Assembly (NCBI GenBank): GCA_964196055.1
Contig: CAXMSF010000018.1
Coordinates: forward strand, 1 to 56,766
DNA from: an uncultured Gammaproteobacteria bacterium
GTDB taxonomy: Bacteria > Myxococcota_A > UBA9160 > SMWR01
Direction of reading: 5' to 3'
DNA: 56,766 nucleotides
Shown: positions 48,250-56,353 of the stretch, piece by piece
How the letters are laid out: the number at the start of each line of letters is the position of its first letter
Numbering within the stretch: the stretch's first letter is position 1
Notes under the pieces: model-generated
The model's input: only the letters and a program-made list of their open reading frames with translations
Database searches by the model: none
What the model was told of the DNA's origin: nothing
Position numbers and translations under genes: made by a program

Positions 48250-49311
48250 CTAGAGAGGTTGCCAACGCTGGGGGGGCGTCTCTTCGGCTTCTTCGGACTT
48301 GGGGATCGCATCGGCCGCAACCGGCGGCAGCGACGACGACGACGGCTGCACCTCCACCGGGCGGTAGAGTCCCGGCGCCATGCGCGCGATCGCCTGTGTG
48401 ACGCCGAACTCGCGCCACGCGAGTGCCGCGACGGCAATGGCGGCGAGCAGAAGCGTGACGGTCAGCGCGCCGCGAAAGAAGCGCCGCCGAATCGAGCGTT
48501 CTCCGGGTGTCTGCAGGATCTCTTGCGCCGCCCGGCGTACCAGCTTGCCGTCCACTGTCTTCGTTCCGGCGGCGTAACCTGCCAGCAGGCTGCGATCCGC
48601 CAGGACGTTCAGGAGCCGAGGGACGCCGCCGGTCCGGCGGCACAGCTCGCGCATCGCCTTGGCGTCGAAGATCTCACAGTCTCCGCCGGCGGCGATCCGG
48701 AGCCGATGGCGGACATACTCCGTCACCTCTTCCGAGGCCAGAGGGGACAACGCCCAACGCACACTGATGCGCTGCCGGAGCTGCCGCAGCTCGTTCGAAT
48801 CGAGCATCTCGTCGAGCTCGGGCTGCCCGAATAGCAGGATCTGAATCAGCTTCGACGTCGATGTCTCGAGGTTGGACAACAGCCGGACCTCTTCGAGCGT
48901 CGATGGCTGAAGATTCTGGGCCTCGTCGATGATCAGCAGCACGCGCCGATCCGCCCGTTTGCGTTCGAGCAAGAACGCATTCAACTGATCGGATAGCTCG
49001 GCGCGCGACCGGCCCGCGGTCGCGAGACCGAATTCGACATTGATCGCGCGCAGCAATTCCTCGCCGGACAAGGATGGATTGAAGATGTACGCCACTTCGG
49101 TGTCCGACCCGAGACGCTGCAATAGCGTCCGGCACAGTGTCGTCTTGCCGGTACCAACCTCACCCGTGACGGCGATGAAGCCCTCCCCCTGCTCGACTCC
49201 GTACAACACATGGGCGAGCGCCTCGCGGTGTGGAGCCGCGAGATACAGAAAGTGCGGGTCGGGAGTGAGTGAGAAGGGCTTCTCGCGAAGCCCGTAAAAC
49301 GCGGTATACAT
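48250..49311 (-). CDS. ExeA/GspA-like AAA ATPase
   Basis: FYGLREKPFSLTPDPHFLY, Walker A TGEVGTGKTT, Walker B LLIIDEAQNL, and a single TM near the C-terminus (LTVTLLLAAIAVAALAW). No peptidoglycan-binding domain is recognisable in the short periplasmic tail. Confidence 0.82.
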   Translation of the reverse strand: MYTAFYGLREKPFSLTPDPHFLYLAAPHREALAHVLYGVEQGEGFIAVTGEVGTGKTTLCRTLLQRLGSDTEVAYIFNPSLSGEELLRAINVEFGLATAGRSRAELSDQLNAFLLERKRADRRVLLIIDEAQNLQPSTLEEVRLLSNLETSTSKLIQILLFGQPELDEMLDSNELRQLRQRISVRWALSPLASEEVTEYVRHRLRIAAGGDCEIFDAKAMRELCRRTGGVPRLLNVLADRSLLAGYAAGTKTVDGKLVRRAAQEILQTPGERSIRRRFFRGALTVTLLLAAIAVAALAWREFGVTQAIARMAPGLYRPVEVQPSSSSLPPVAADAIPKSEEAEETPPQRWQPL

Positions 49312-49343
49312 CCTCAGCGAGCCACCCACAGGAGTCTAACCCA

Positions 49344-50213
49344 TTGATTCCGAATGCGGTTCCCTCGCGGCGTGAGGCCGGTCGCAGCGCCGGCCCGGGG
49401 CCCGTGGTGCTCGGAGCGGACGTCGGAGCCAGCCTGACCAAGATCGCGGTCCGCAGCTCCGAAGCTGCACTCGATTTGCACTGCGTGTCCGACACTGCGC
49501 CCGATGTCTTGTCGGCCCACATCGCGTCCTTTGCTCCCACGCGCGTCGGCCTGACCGGCGGCGGCGGCGCACTGCTCGCCGTCACACTCGGCGGCGAGGT
49601 GCCGGTATTCGGCGAATTCGATGCCTGGGGAGCGGGCGCGCAGGTACTCCTCGAGCGATCGGGTGGCGATCGCCCCGAGCGCTTCCTGCTGGTATCGGTC
49701 GGAACGGGAACTTCCGCGATGCTGGTGGAAGCCGGCGGCACGACCCGCGTCGGCGGAACCGCACTCGGGGGCGGGACCGTTGCGGGCCTCGGAGCGGCAT
49801 TGTTCGGCACATCGGAATTCGACGCCATCATCGAGCAGGCGCAACGCGGCAATCGTTGGAACGTCGATCTGCCGGTCTCGGACGTCTACCCGGGCGGCCA
49901 CACTGCGCTGACGTCGAAGATCAACGCGGCCTCGTTCGCGAAATTGGCGAAGGATCCGAAATCCCAGGATCCGAGCGATCTCGCGGGCGCGCTGATCGCC
50001 TTGGTGGGCGAGAACGTCGGCCTGATCTGTGCCGGGCTCGCGAAGGCCGCGGGCGTCGAGCAGATCGTCTACGGCGGCACCACGCTGCGCAACAACCCCG
50101 TGATCGTGCAGCTCCTGCGCGGGACCGCGGCGATCCACGGCTGCGAAGCGATCTTTCTCACAGACGGCGAGTACACCGGCGCGGTCGGCGCGCTGGAACT
50201 CGCGCGCAGCTAG
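49344..50213 (+). CDS. type II pantothenate kinase-like (Fumble / ASKHA-fold) kinase
   Basis: GADVGASLTKIAV, LVSVGTGTS, VGGTALGGGTVAGLG, AASFAKL, VYGGTTLRNN and GAVGALELA follow the type II PanK motif order. The start is uncertain: TTG 49344 is 9 nt after GGAG, and GTGs near 49401 are also possible. Confidence 0.65.
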   Translation: MIPNAVPSRREAGRSAGPGPVVLGADVGASLTKIAVRSSEAALDLHCVSDTAPDVLSAHIASFAPTRVGLTGGGGALLAVTLGGEVPVFGEFDAWGAGAQVLLERSGGDRPERFLLVSVGTGTSAMLVEAGGTTRVGGTALGGGTVAGLGAALFGTSEFDAIIEQAQRGNRWNVDLPVSDVYPGGHTALTSKINAASFAKLAKDPKSQDPSDLAGALIALVGENVGLICAGLAKAAGVEQIVYGGTTLRNNPVIVQLLRGTAAIHGCEAIFLTDGEYTGAVGALELARS

Positions 50214-50340
50214 GAAGTTCGAACGCGGCGACGCGGAGGCACTGGTCGCGAAGCGATTGCTGCGCAGCAGCGAGCGTGACCCGAGCATCGGATCATGGGA
50301 GGACGCGGAAGCCACGGCCGCTACGCGGCCCAACACGCGG

Positions 50341-52020
50341 CTAGCCGGTGGGTGTGGAGGGGTCGCGCAACGCGGGCTCGGTCGCCTGATCCTCCTCGGG
50401 GCGGTTCAGGCTCCGCACTGCGCGTTGGGTGCGAGCGATCGCCGCGCGCTGGACGCGAAGTTCTTCGGCCTGGGCTTCGACCTGCCGCTCGAGGCGCTCG
50501 CGCGCTTCGTTGGATTCGTCGAGCCGCGCTTCCATGTGTGCGAAGCGGCGCTCGAATTCCTGAAGGAGGTGAGCGACGCTCGAGTCCGTGTCGGCCCCGA
50601 CCACGGCTGTGCCGATTCCGAGCTGGGTGGGGGCTTCCGAATCCATGTGGCTGGTCGGGAGATCCTGGTTGTCCATGCTCATCGCGTCCTCTTTCTGGTC
50701 AGATTGGTCGAACGGTCCGGGCTTTGCATCAGTCGCAACGCCCGCAGATTCGATCGGCTTGTTCTCGTCGTCATGGGCATCACCGACGCCGAATTCAAAA
50801 TCTTCGTCGGGTGAGGACCCCTCGTGGAAATTCACATCCATGGCGAAACCACCCTCGGGAATGCGTCCTTCGTGGCTCGCCTGGTCGGCCGCGGCGTCTT
50901 CGTCGGCTTCACCCGCCAGCGCCGAAAAATCGATTCCGTCCGGCTTCGACCCGCGCGAGCGGATCACGAGAGCCACGAGCACGAGCAGCATCAGCACGCT
51001 CGCGGCGATCACGCCGACCCATTTCAAATCGAAGGGCGCGGCTTCGTCGCCGGCTTCCACGTGAATCTTGCCGGCCGCATTCGCAGGCTCGCGCGCGGAG
51101 GGGACTTCCGGAATCACGGGCCGCGCATTCGCTTCGATCGGTTCCGCCTCTCCCATGAGGTCGGCCATGTCGATGACTGCGATCGGGGCAGCGCTTTCGG
51201 CTGCCTCGTCTGCGAGTTCTTCCGTCCCGTCGACAGCGGACTCCGCGGCCAGATCCCCGACGACGGCTTGGGCTTCCGCGTCGGCCGCTTCGGTCTCGAC
51301 CACGGCTTCCGTAACGATTTCTTCGATTTCGCCGATCGCCTCGGCCTGAGCCGGGGTCTCTTCGATTGCGAGATCGGGAACCTCTATGAGAGGCTCCGAA
51401 GCGACTTCAGGCTCGGGCACGATCTCCACAGGCTGTGCTTCGGGCTCGGCGACGACGACTTCATCGGGTTGTGCGGCGGTCGGTTCGGGCTGCGCCTCGG
51501 ACTCGGCCGCCTGTGGCTTCACTTCCGCGACCTCGGCCTGCGGTGCAGGTTTGGCTCCCGGAATCATCAGATCGAGGACGACGCGCGGCGGATCCGTGAG
51601 GATCATTTCGCGGATCGGTAACCCCGCGTGACGGGTCATGATGTGGGCGACCGCGCGGCCGCTTCCGGCATCGACGTTGATCGACTCCACGCCCTCACTC
51701 TTCGAAACGATGTTGCGAGTGCGGGAAGCGGCGTCGAGCGTGACGCGGATGGTGTTGTCGGGCTCACCTGCGGCTCGACGCTCGATGCGATAGCCGCTCG
51801 GAGCGTCGAATTCGAAGACCACGCGCGTGTAGGTCGGATGATTGCCGACGCGAACCTGCACCAAGTTCGCCGACCAAGCCGGCAGCGCGAACAGCAGCGC
51901 AAAAGCGAAGCAGCCGACGAACAGCCGGGCGCCGGCTCGCGAGCGGCGGGCGGTGTCGTCGGAATGGGGTGTTCGATCTGCCAAGGCTTTGATGGTTCCC
52001 GTGGTGATCGACAGTGTCAA
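50341..52020 (-). CDS. AMIN-domain single-pass membrane protein with acidic linkers and C-terminal coiled coil
   Basis: Signal peptide (LFVGCFAFALLFALPAWSA). AMIN-like domain (LVQVRVGNHPTYTRVVFEFDAPSGYRIERR...IRVTLDAA...PPRVVLDL). Then ~190 aa of E/A/P/V-rich sequence, a TM segment (WVGVIAASVLMLLVLVALVI), an acidic cytoplasmic region and a heptad-rich end (LLQEFERRFAHMEARLDESNEARERLERQVEAQAEELRVQ). The start codon is uncertain (TTG 52020). Confidence 0.75.
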   Translation of the reverse strand: MTLSITTGTIKALADRTPHSDDTARRSRAGARLFVGCFAFALLFALPAWSANLVQVRVGNHPTYTRVVFEFDAPSGYRIERRAAGEPDNTIRVTLDAASRTRNIVSKSEGVESINVDAGSGRAVAHIMTRHAGLPIREMILTDPPRVVLDLMIPGAKPAPQAEVAEVKPQAAESEAQPEPTAAQPDEVVVAEPEAQPVEIVPEPEVASEPLIEVPDLAIEETPAQAEAIGEIEEIVTEAVVETEAADAEAQAVVGDLAAESAVDGTEELADEAAESAAPIAVIDMADLMGEAEPIEANARPVIPEVPSAREPANAAGKIHVEAGDEAAPFDLKWVGVIAASVLMLLVLVALVIRSRGSKPDGIDFSALAGEADEDAAADQASHEGRIPEGGFAMDVNFHEGSSPDEDFEFGVGDAHDDENKPIESAGVATDAKPGPFDQSDQKEDAMSMDNQDLPTSHMDSEAPTQLGIGTAVVGADTDSSVAHLLQEFERRFAHMEARLDESNEARERLERQVEAQAEELRVQRAAIARTQRAVRSLNRPEEDQATEPALRDPSTPTG

Positions 52021-52146
52021 CCGAAGCCGATCGGTGAACGCGGTCGTTGCACCGAAACTGATCGGGCGTTTGTCGGCAGCGCTTGAACTCGGATCGCGGA
52101 TTTTCTTTGACTTGAGGGGTTACCAACCCAAGAATCGACGATTCTC

Positions 52147-53310
52147 TCAGCTCGGCGAAAACGTAATCTCGAGCACTCCCTTCTCGAGCGTGACCCCCGC
52201 GAGGGGCAGGCCGATCAGCGAAGCCGGCAGACTGATGCGGCGCTGGAAGTCCCGCACCCGGATCAGCAACTCGCTGCCATGGGCCGCAACATCGATCTCG
52301 CCCGGGGAGGCGTTGGGGAGGTCGACCTCGAGTACGGTGCGACCATCACGCTTTTCGAGTCGGATCGGACGTGAGCGGCTGAACAGGTCGGCCGGGTCGC
52401 GCGTGCCGTAGAGTTCACGCGCGAGCGAGCGCAGCGCAGGGGCGCCGATTGGTTCGGTGGGTTGCAGCGCTGCGCTGAAGCGCGGCACCGGAAAAGACTG
52501 CTCGATCTCCAACAGCTCCGTCCGCTCACGCTCCGCCCAGTGCGCGAAATATCCGCCCGTCGCGTTCTCTGGTAGCACCCGATTGATCAGAACCGCGTCG
52601 GTCGCAACGCCGTACAAGCTAAGGTAGGCGAAGGAACGACGCGTCTCTTCGACGACGACGCGTGCCGGGTTCACGACCAGACGCGCACTGGTGCGGTCGA
52701 CGTCGAGCAGGATCTGGTGGACGTCTTCGATATCGCCGCAGAGGCGATCGAACGCTGCGAAGACCTCGTCGGGCGCGATGAAGCGCCCCACACCGAGGCG
52801 GTCCGCGACCGGACGTACCGCGCGCGCGAGCGCGCGTTTCGTTTCGAAGAAGTTCTCCATGAAGAAGCGCAGCATGTCCGGCAGCCGCAGTAGCCGAAGC
52901 GTCGAACCCGTCGGCGCACAGTCGACCACACAAACGTCGAACTCGCCCGTCGCTTCGATCTCCTTCACCGCACGCAGCGCGACGAACTCCTCCATTCCCG
53001 GAAATACCAGCAGCTCCTCCGCCACCAGCTCGTCCGCATCGTCGCGCAACATCTCCTGGAAGAATCGCTGGATCTCGGACCACGAGCGGTCGATCTCCGC
53101 GAGCGCCGCTACTTCCTGCGCAACCACGTTCGGCGCGACCTCGACCGGACGCGGCCCGACCGGTCGGCCCAAAGCGTCGCCGAGACTATGTGCCGAGTCG
53201 GTCGACAGCACGAACACCCGGTGACCGTGTTCGGCAGCACCGAGTGCGGTGGCGACGGCGAGGCTGGTCTTGCCGACACCGCCCTTGCCGGTGTGAAGCA
53301 GGACGCGCAT
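52147..53310 (-). CDS. ArsA/Get3-family P-loop ATPase with C-terminal HSP20-like domain (copy 2)
   Basis: MRVLLHTGKGGVGKTSLAVATA..., STDSAHSLGD, VVDCAPTGSTLRLL, and the C-terminus VLEVDLPNASPGEIDVAAHGSELLIRVRDFQRRISLP...VTLEKGVLEITF. The ATG abuts the stop of copy 1. Confidence 0.85.
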   Translation of the reverse strand: MRVLLHTGKGGVGKTSLAVATALGAAEHGHRVFVLSTDSAHSLGDALGRPVGPRPVEVAPNVVAQEVAALAEIDRSWSEIQRFFQEMLRDDADELVAEELLVFPGMEEFVALRAVKEIEATGEFDVCVVDCAPTGSTLRLLRLPDMLRFFMENFFETKRALARAVRPVADRLGVGRFIAPDEVFAAFDRLCGDIEDVHQILLDVDRTSARLVVNPARVVVEETRRSFAYLSLYGVATDAVLINRVLPENATGGYFAHWAERERTELLEIEQSFPVPRFSAALQPTEPIGAPALRSLARELYGTRDPADLFSRSRPIRLEKRDGRTVLEVDLPNASPGEIDVAAHGSELLIRVRDFQRRISLPASLIGLPLAGVTLEKGVLEITFSPS

Positions 53311-54501
53311 TCAGACGACCTCCGGCAACGCGGCCTCGGGTGCGAAGGTTATTCGCATCGCGCGGCCTTCGAGCCGAGCCGAGGTTAGCGAGAGAGGTAC
53401 GAAGCGGCGCGGCAGCTTGAGCGATCGACGACGCGAGCCCGTGGTAATGCTGAGCTCATCGTCGACTTTGACCACGTCGATCTCGCCGGGATCCGCGTTC
53501 GGCAGTGGGACGATTGCAATGTATTCCGGCCCTTCGCGAACGAACTGCACGCGCGGCGCATTGCAGAGCCGCGCTTCCGGCGCGATGTCGCCGAAGATCA
53601 CCTCACCATGCGCACGCAGCGCCTCGACGCCGCAGACCTCGTCTTCGGCCAGCGGCGCGCCCAGCACCGGCAACGGTGCGAACAGTCGCGCCACATCGAG
53701 AAAGCGCTCGCCCTGGAGACGGCACCAATCTGCGAAGAACTCCTCCTCTGCTGCAACCTCGGGAAGCATGCGGTTCATGATGACCGCGTCGCAGCCGATC
53801 TCGAAGAGCGCGAGGTCGGTGTATGCACGTTGTGCCTCGTCGATCACCATGCGTTCGGGTGTCACGACCATACGCACACTGGTGTCTCGGTGAGTGATGC
53901 GTTTCTTCAGGGTCGCCAGATGGCGATAGATGAGCTCGTCCGCTTCGCGGAAGACACCGGAATCCGGCAGGGGAGCCGCAACCAATCGGCGCGCGAGCGG
54001 TACCGCGACGCCGGAGATCGTCGCGACGATCGGCAGCATGATCCGAAAGAAGCGGCTCGCGACGTCGGGGAGCGTCACGAGCCGCAGCGTCGAGTCAGTG
54101 GGCGCGCAGTCGACGACCACGAATTCGTAGCCGCCCGCTTTCGCATATTCCTCGACAGCGAGCAGGGTCGTGATCTCCTCGGCTCCGGGAAGCAGTGCGA
54201 GCTCTTCGGCCACGACTGCGTCGATCCCCCGATACTCGAACATCGAAACCAGGAATTTCCGGATCCGCCCCCAGCGCCGCTGCATCTCGACCCGCGCATC
54301 GATCTCGATCGCATCGAGGTTCGGGGCGACACACGTCGGCGTAGGCTCGAGGCGCTGTTCGATCACGTCGCCGAGGCTGTGAGCGGCGTCCGCCGACGCG
54401 ACCAGCGTACGGCGGCCGCGAGCAGCCGCGCACGCCGCGGTCGCAGCCGCCGTCGTCGTCTTGCCCACGCCGCCCTTGCCCGTGTAGAGAATCAGCCTCA
54501 C
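53311..54501 (-). CDS. ArsA/Get3-family P-loop ATPase with C-terminal HSP20-like domain (copy 1)
   Basis: MRLILYTGKGGVGKTTTAAATA..., SADAAHSLGD, VVDCAPTDSTLRLV, and the C-terminus YIAIVPLPNADPGEIDVVKVDDELSITTGSRRRSLKLP...ARLEGRAMRITF. Confidence 0.85.
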   Translation of the reverse strand: MRLILYTGKGGVGKTTTAAATAACAAARGRRTLVASADAAHSLGDVIEQRLEPTPTCVAPNLDAIEIDARVEMQRRWGRIRKFLVSMFEYRGIDAVVAEELALLPGAEEITTLLAVEEYAKAGGYEFVVVDCAPTDSTLRLVTLPDVASRFFRIMLPIVATISGVAVPLARRLVAAPLPDSGVFREADELIYRHLATLKKRITHRDTSVRMVVTPERMVIDEAQRAYTDLALFEIGCDAVIMNRMLPEVAAEEEFFADWCRLQGERFLDVARLFAPLPVLGAPLAEDEVCGVEALRAHGEVIFGDIAPEARLCNAPRVQFVREGPEYIAIVPLPNADPGEIDVVKVDDELSITTGSRRRSLKLPRRFVPLSLTSARLEGRAMRITFAPEAALPEVV

Positions 54502-54513
54502 ATCACGACGTTA

Positions 54514-54723
54514 TCACGCCGCGGTGACGACCTCCCGGAACGAAGCGTGTCGAATCGGGTGCACCCGAGCTGGCTGCAGGAGCGGAGGCGATTCGGTCCA
54601 ACGGTGATCGCAGCGTGGACACTCGGCCAGCAAGACCGGGCCGCGGTCGACCGCTTCGTCGGTACGGACCTCCGCAAAACCGCAGACGAGACAGCGCGTC
54701 AATTTGCGAAATTCAGTTTGCAT
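54514..54723 (-). CDS. small zinc-ribbon protein (CxxC...CxxC)
   Basis: 69 aa from MQTEFRKLTRCLVCGFAEV...LLAECPRCDHRW. GGAGAG lies upstream of ATG 54723. It ends 12 nt before the first ArsA-like gene. Confidence 0.6.
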   Translation of the reverse strand: MQTEFRKLTRCLVCGFAEVRTDEAVDRGPVLLAECPRCDHRWTESPPLLQPARVHPIRHASFREVVTAA

Positions 54724-54818
54724 CGGTGCTCTCCTATCCCCACCAGACGCGGATCCGTCCCGCGATGCCCCCATGAAAGCCCGCGGCTGTGTCGAATCGG
54801 GTCACACCTGGGAGAAAT

Positions 54819-54846
54819 TTGGCGACGGGATGCGGGGGACTACAAT
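54819..54846 (+). promoter_or_regulatory. candidate sigma-70 promoter for the thioesterase pair
   Basis: TTGGCG-N16-TACAAT, ~40 nt upstream of the GTG at 54886, in the divergent intergenic region. Confidence 0.35.
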
Positions 54847-54885
54847 GCCACCTCGGCCCGTACGAAGCCGGGCCCCGGAGGAAGA

Positions 54886-55599
54886 GTGGCCGACGAGCCG
54901 ACACTGACGTTCGATCGAAAGCGCCACTGGGAGCTGTCGCCCGAGAAGGAGGCGATGGGCGCCTGGGTCCAGAAGCGCCGCCTCGCCGACGCCATGCGAA
55001 CGGTGATCGGCCGGCTGGTCCAGAGCAACGCTCCGGAGAAGGAGCTATGCGCGGCTGCCGACGCGCTCGAGCGCTACGCGGAGCAGCTCGAGAGTCACAA
55101 GCGATTACGACGCTACGAGGGCTACGGCGAGGCCGCGAATGCGGGCGATGTCGGAGCCTTCTTCGACCAGAGCCCGATGATCGGCCTCGCCAACCCGCTC
55201 GCGCCGCCGATCCGACTCGAAGACATCGACGAAAGCAGTGCAGTCGGCCGGGTGGTATTCGGCGCCGCCTACGAGGGGCCGCCCGGCAGCGTCCACGGCG
55301 GCTTCGTCGCGGCAGCGTTCGACGAGGTACTCGGTTACGTGCAATCGATGTCGGGCGCGCCCGGCTTCACGGGTACCCTCACGGTTCGCTACCGAAGCCC
55401 CACACCGCTCCACACCGAATTGGAGTTCCGCGGCGCGCTCGCTGGACGGGAAGGCCGCAAGACCTTTGCGAGCGGCCGGGTCTACGCGGGCGAGACACTC
55501 TGCGCGGAGGCCGATGCGATCTTCGTCTCTGCGACACCGGAGAAGTTCGAGGCGTTGCTCGAGGAGCGCCGAAAGATGGAGGCCGAGCGCGAATCTTGA
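54886..55599 (+). CDS. PaaI/hotdog-fold thioesterase with ~100-aa helical N-terminal extension (paralogue 1)
   Basis: GPPGSVHGGFVAAAFDEVLGYVQ...GFTGTLTVRYRSPTP. The GTG start follows GGAGGA. The rest of the 663-aa listed ORF is antisense shadow over the arsA-like gene. Confidence 0.78.
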   Translation: MADEPTLTFDRKRHWELSPEKEAMGAWVQKRRLADAMRTVIGRLVQSNAPEKELCAAADALERYAEQLESHKRLRRYEGYGEAANAGDVGAFFDQSPMIGLANPLAPPIRLEDIDESSAVGRVVFGAAYEGPPGSVHGGFVAAAFDEVLGYVQSMSGAPGFTGTLTVRYRSPTPLHTELEFRGALAGREGRKTFASGRVYAGETLCAEADAIFVSATPEKFEALLEERRKMEAERES

Positions 55600-56309
55600 G
55601 CGACCGCGTCGAGCAACAGCGTCAATTCGTCGACCGCTGGGAGGCCTTCAAGCCTCCGACCAGCGGTGCTTGGGAGCAGAAACGCCGGCTCGCCGCCGCA
55701 ATGCGGGGCGTCATCAACCGGCTGGTCCAGAGCAATGCGCCCGAGGACCAGCTGCAGCATGCGGCGATCGAACTCGAACGGTACGCCGATCGCCTCGCTG
55801 GCCACCCTCGGCTGCGCCGCGGCGACCGCGACACGCCCGCACCCGCCGAGCCCGATGTCGGGACCTTCGTCGACCAGAGTCCCATCACCGGCCTCGCAAA
55901 TCCGCTCGCACCCCCCATCAGCCTCACCCCGGAGGCGGATTGGTGCGTAGTAGGCCGCGTCAGCTACGATGCCGCCTTCGAGGGCCCGCCGGGCAGCGTG
56001 CACGGCGGCTATATCGCGGCCGCCTTCGACGAGGTACTCGGCTTCGTGCAGGGGATGAGCGGTGACCCCGGCATGACCGGGACCCTGACGATTCGCTACC
56101 GCAAACCCACGCCGCTCTACCAGCCGTTGCGCCTCATCGGCGAAATCGTCAAGGTCGAGAATCGCAAGATCTTCACGGAGGGCCGCCTGCTCGCCGACGA
56201 CGACACCCTCTACGCGGAAGGCGAGAGCCTGTTCATCACGCCACATCCCGAGCATTACGATCGATTGATCGAGGCCCGTTCGCGGCGCGAAGCGGAACGC
56301 CGACCGTGA
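55596..56309 (+). CDS. PaaI/hotdog-fold thioesterase with helical N-terminal extension (paralogue 2)
   Basis: GPPGSVHGGYIAAAFDEVLGFVQ...GMTGTLTIRYRKPTP. Same length (237 aa) as paralogue 1 and roughly half or more of aligned residues identical by eye. The TTG start overlaps the upstream stop (TTGA). Confidence 0.75.
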   Translation: MSDRVEQQRQFVDRWEAFKPPTSGAWEQKRRLAAAMRGVINRLVQSNAPEDQLQHAAIELERYADRLAGHPRLRRGDRDTPAPAEPDVGTFVDQSPITGLANPLAPPISLTPEADWCVVGRVSYDAAFEGPPGSVHGGYIAAAFDEVLGFVQGMSGDPGMTGTLTIRYRKPTPLYQPLRLIGEIVKVENRKIFTEGRLLADDDTLYAEGESLFITPHPEHYDRLIEARSRREAERRP

Positions 56310-56353
56310 GGGACCCTTGCTTCAGCGTTTCGGAGCGGCGCCCGAACCCGGCG

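Noticed and set aside
47157-49311. Type II secretion system locus
   Set aside because: Only the accessory ExeA/GspB-like pair is present. The window has no secretin, ATPase GspE, platform or pseudopilin genes.
52147-54501. Arsenic-resistance (arsA) locus
   Set aside because: There is no arsB/acr3, arsC, arsR or arsD. The DTAPTGHT signature is replaced by DCAPTxST. I did not recognise the metalloid-binding cysteine arrangement. HSP20-like tails are not a feature of arsenite pumps.
53608-54885. N-terminal two thirds of the listed 663-aa plus-strand ORF
   Set aside because: It runs antisense to the ArsA-like gene and is Arg/His/Asp-rich nonsense. Only the last 237 codons, from GTG 54886 with an SD, carry the thioesterase fold and align with the downstream paralogue.
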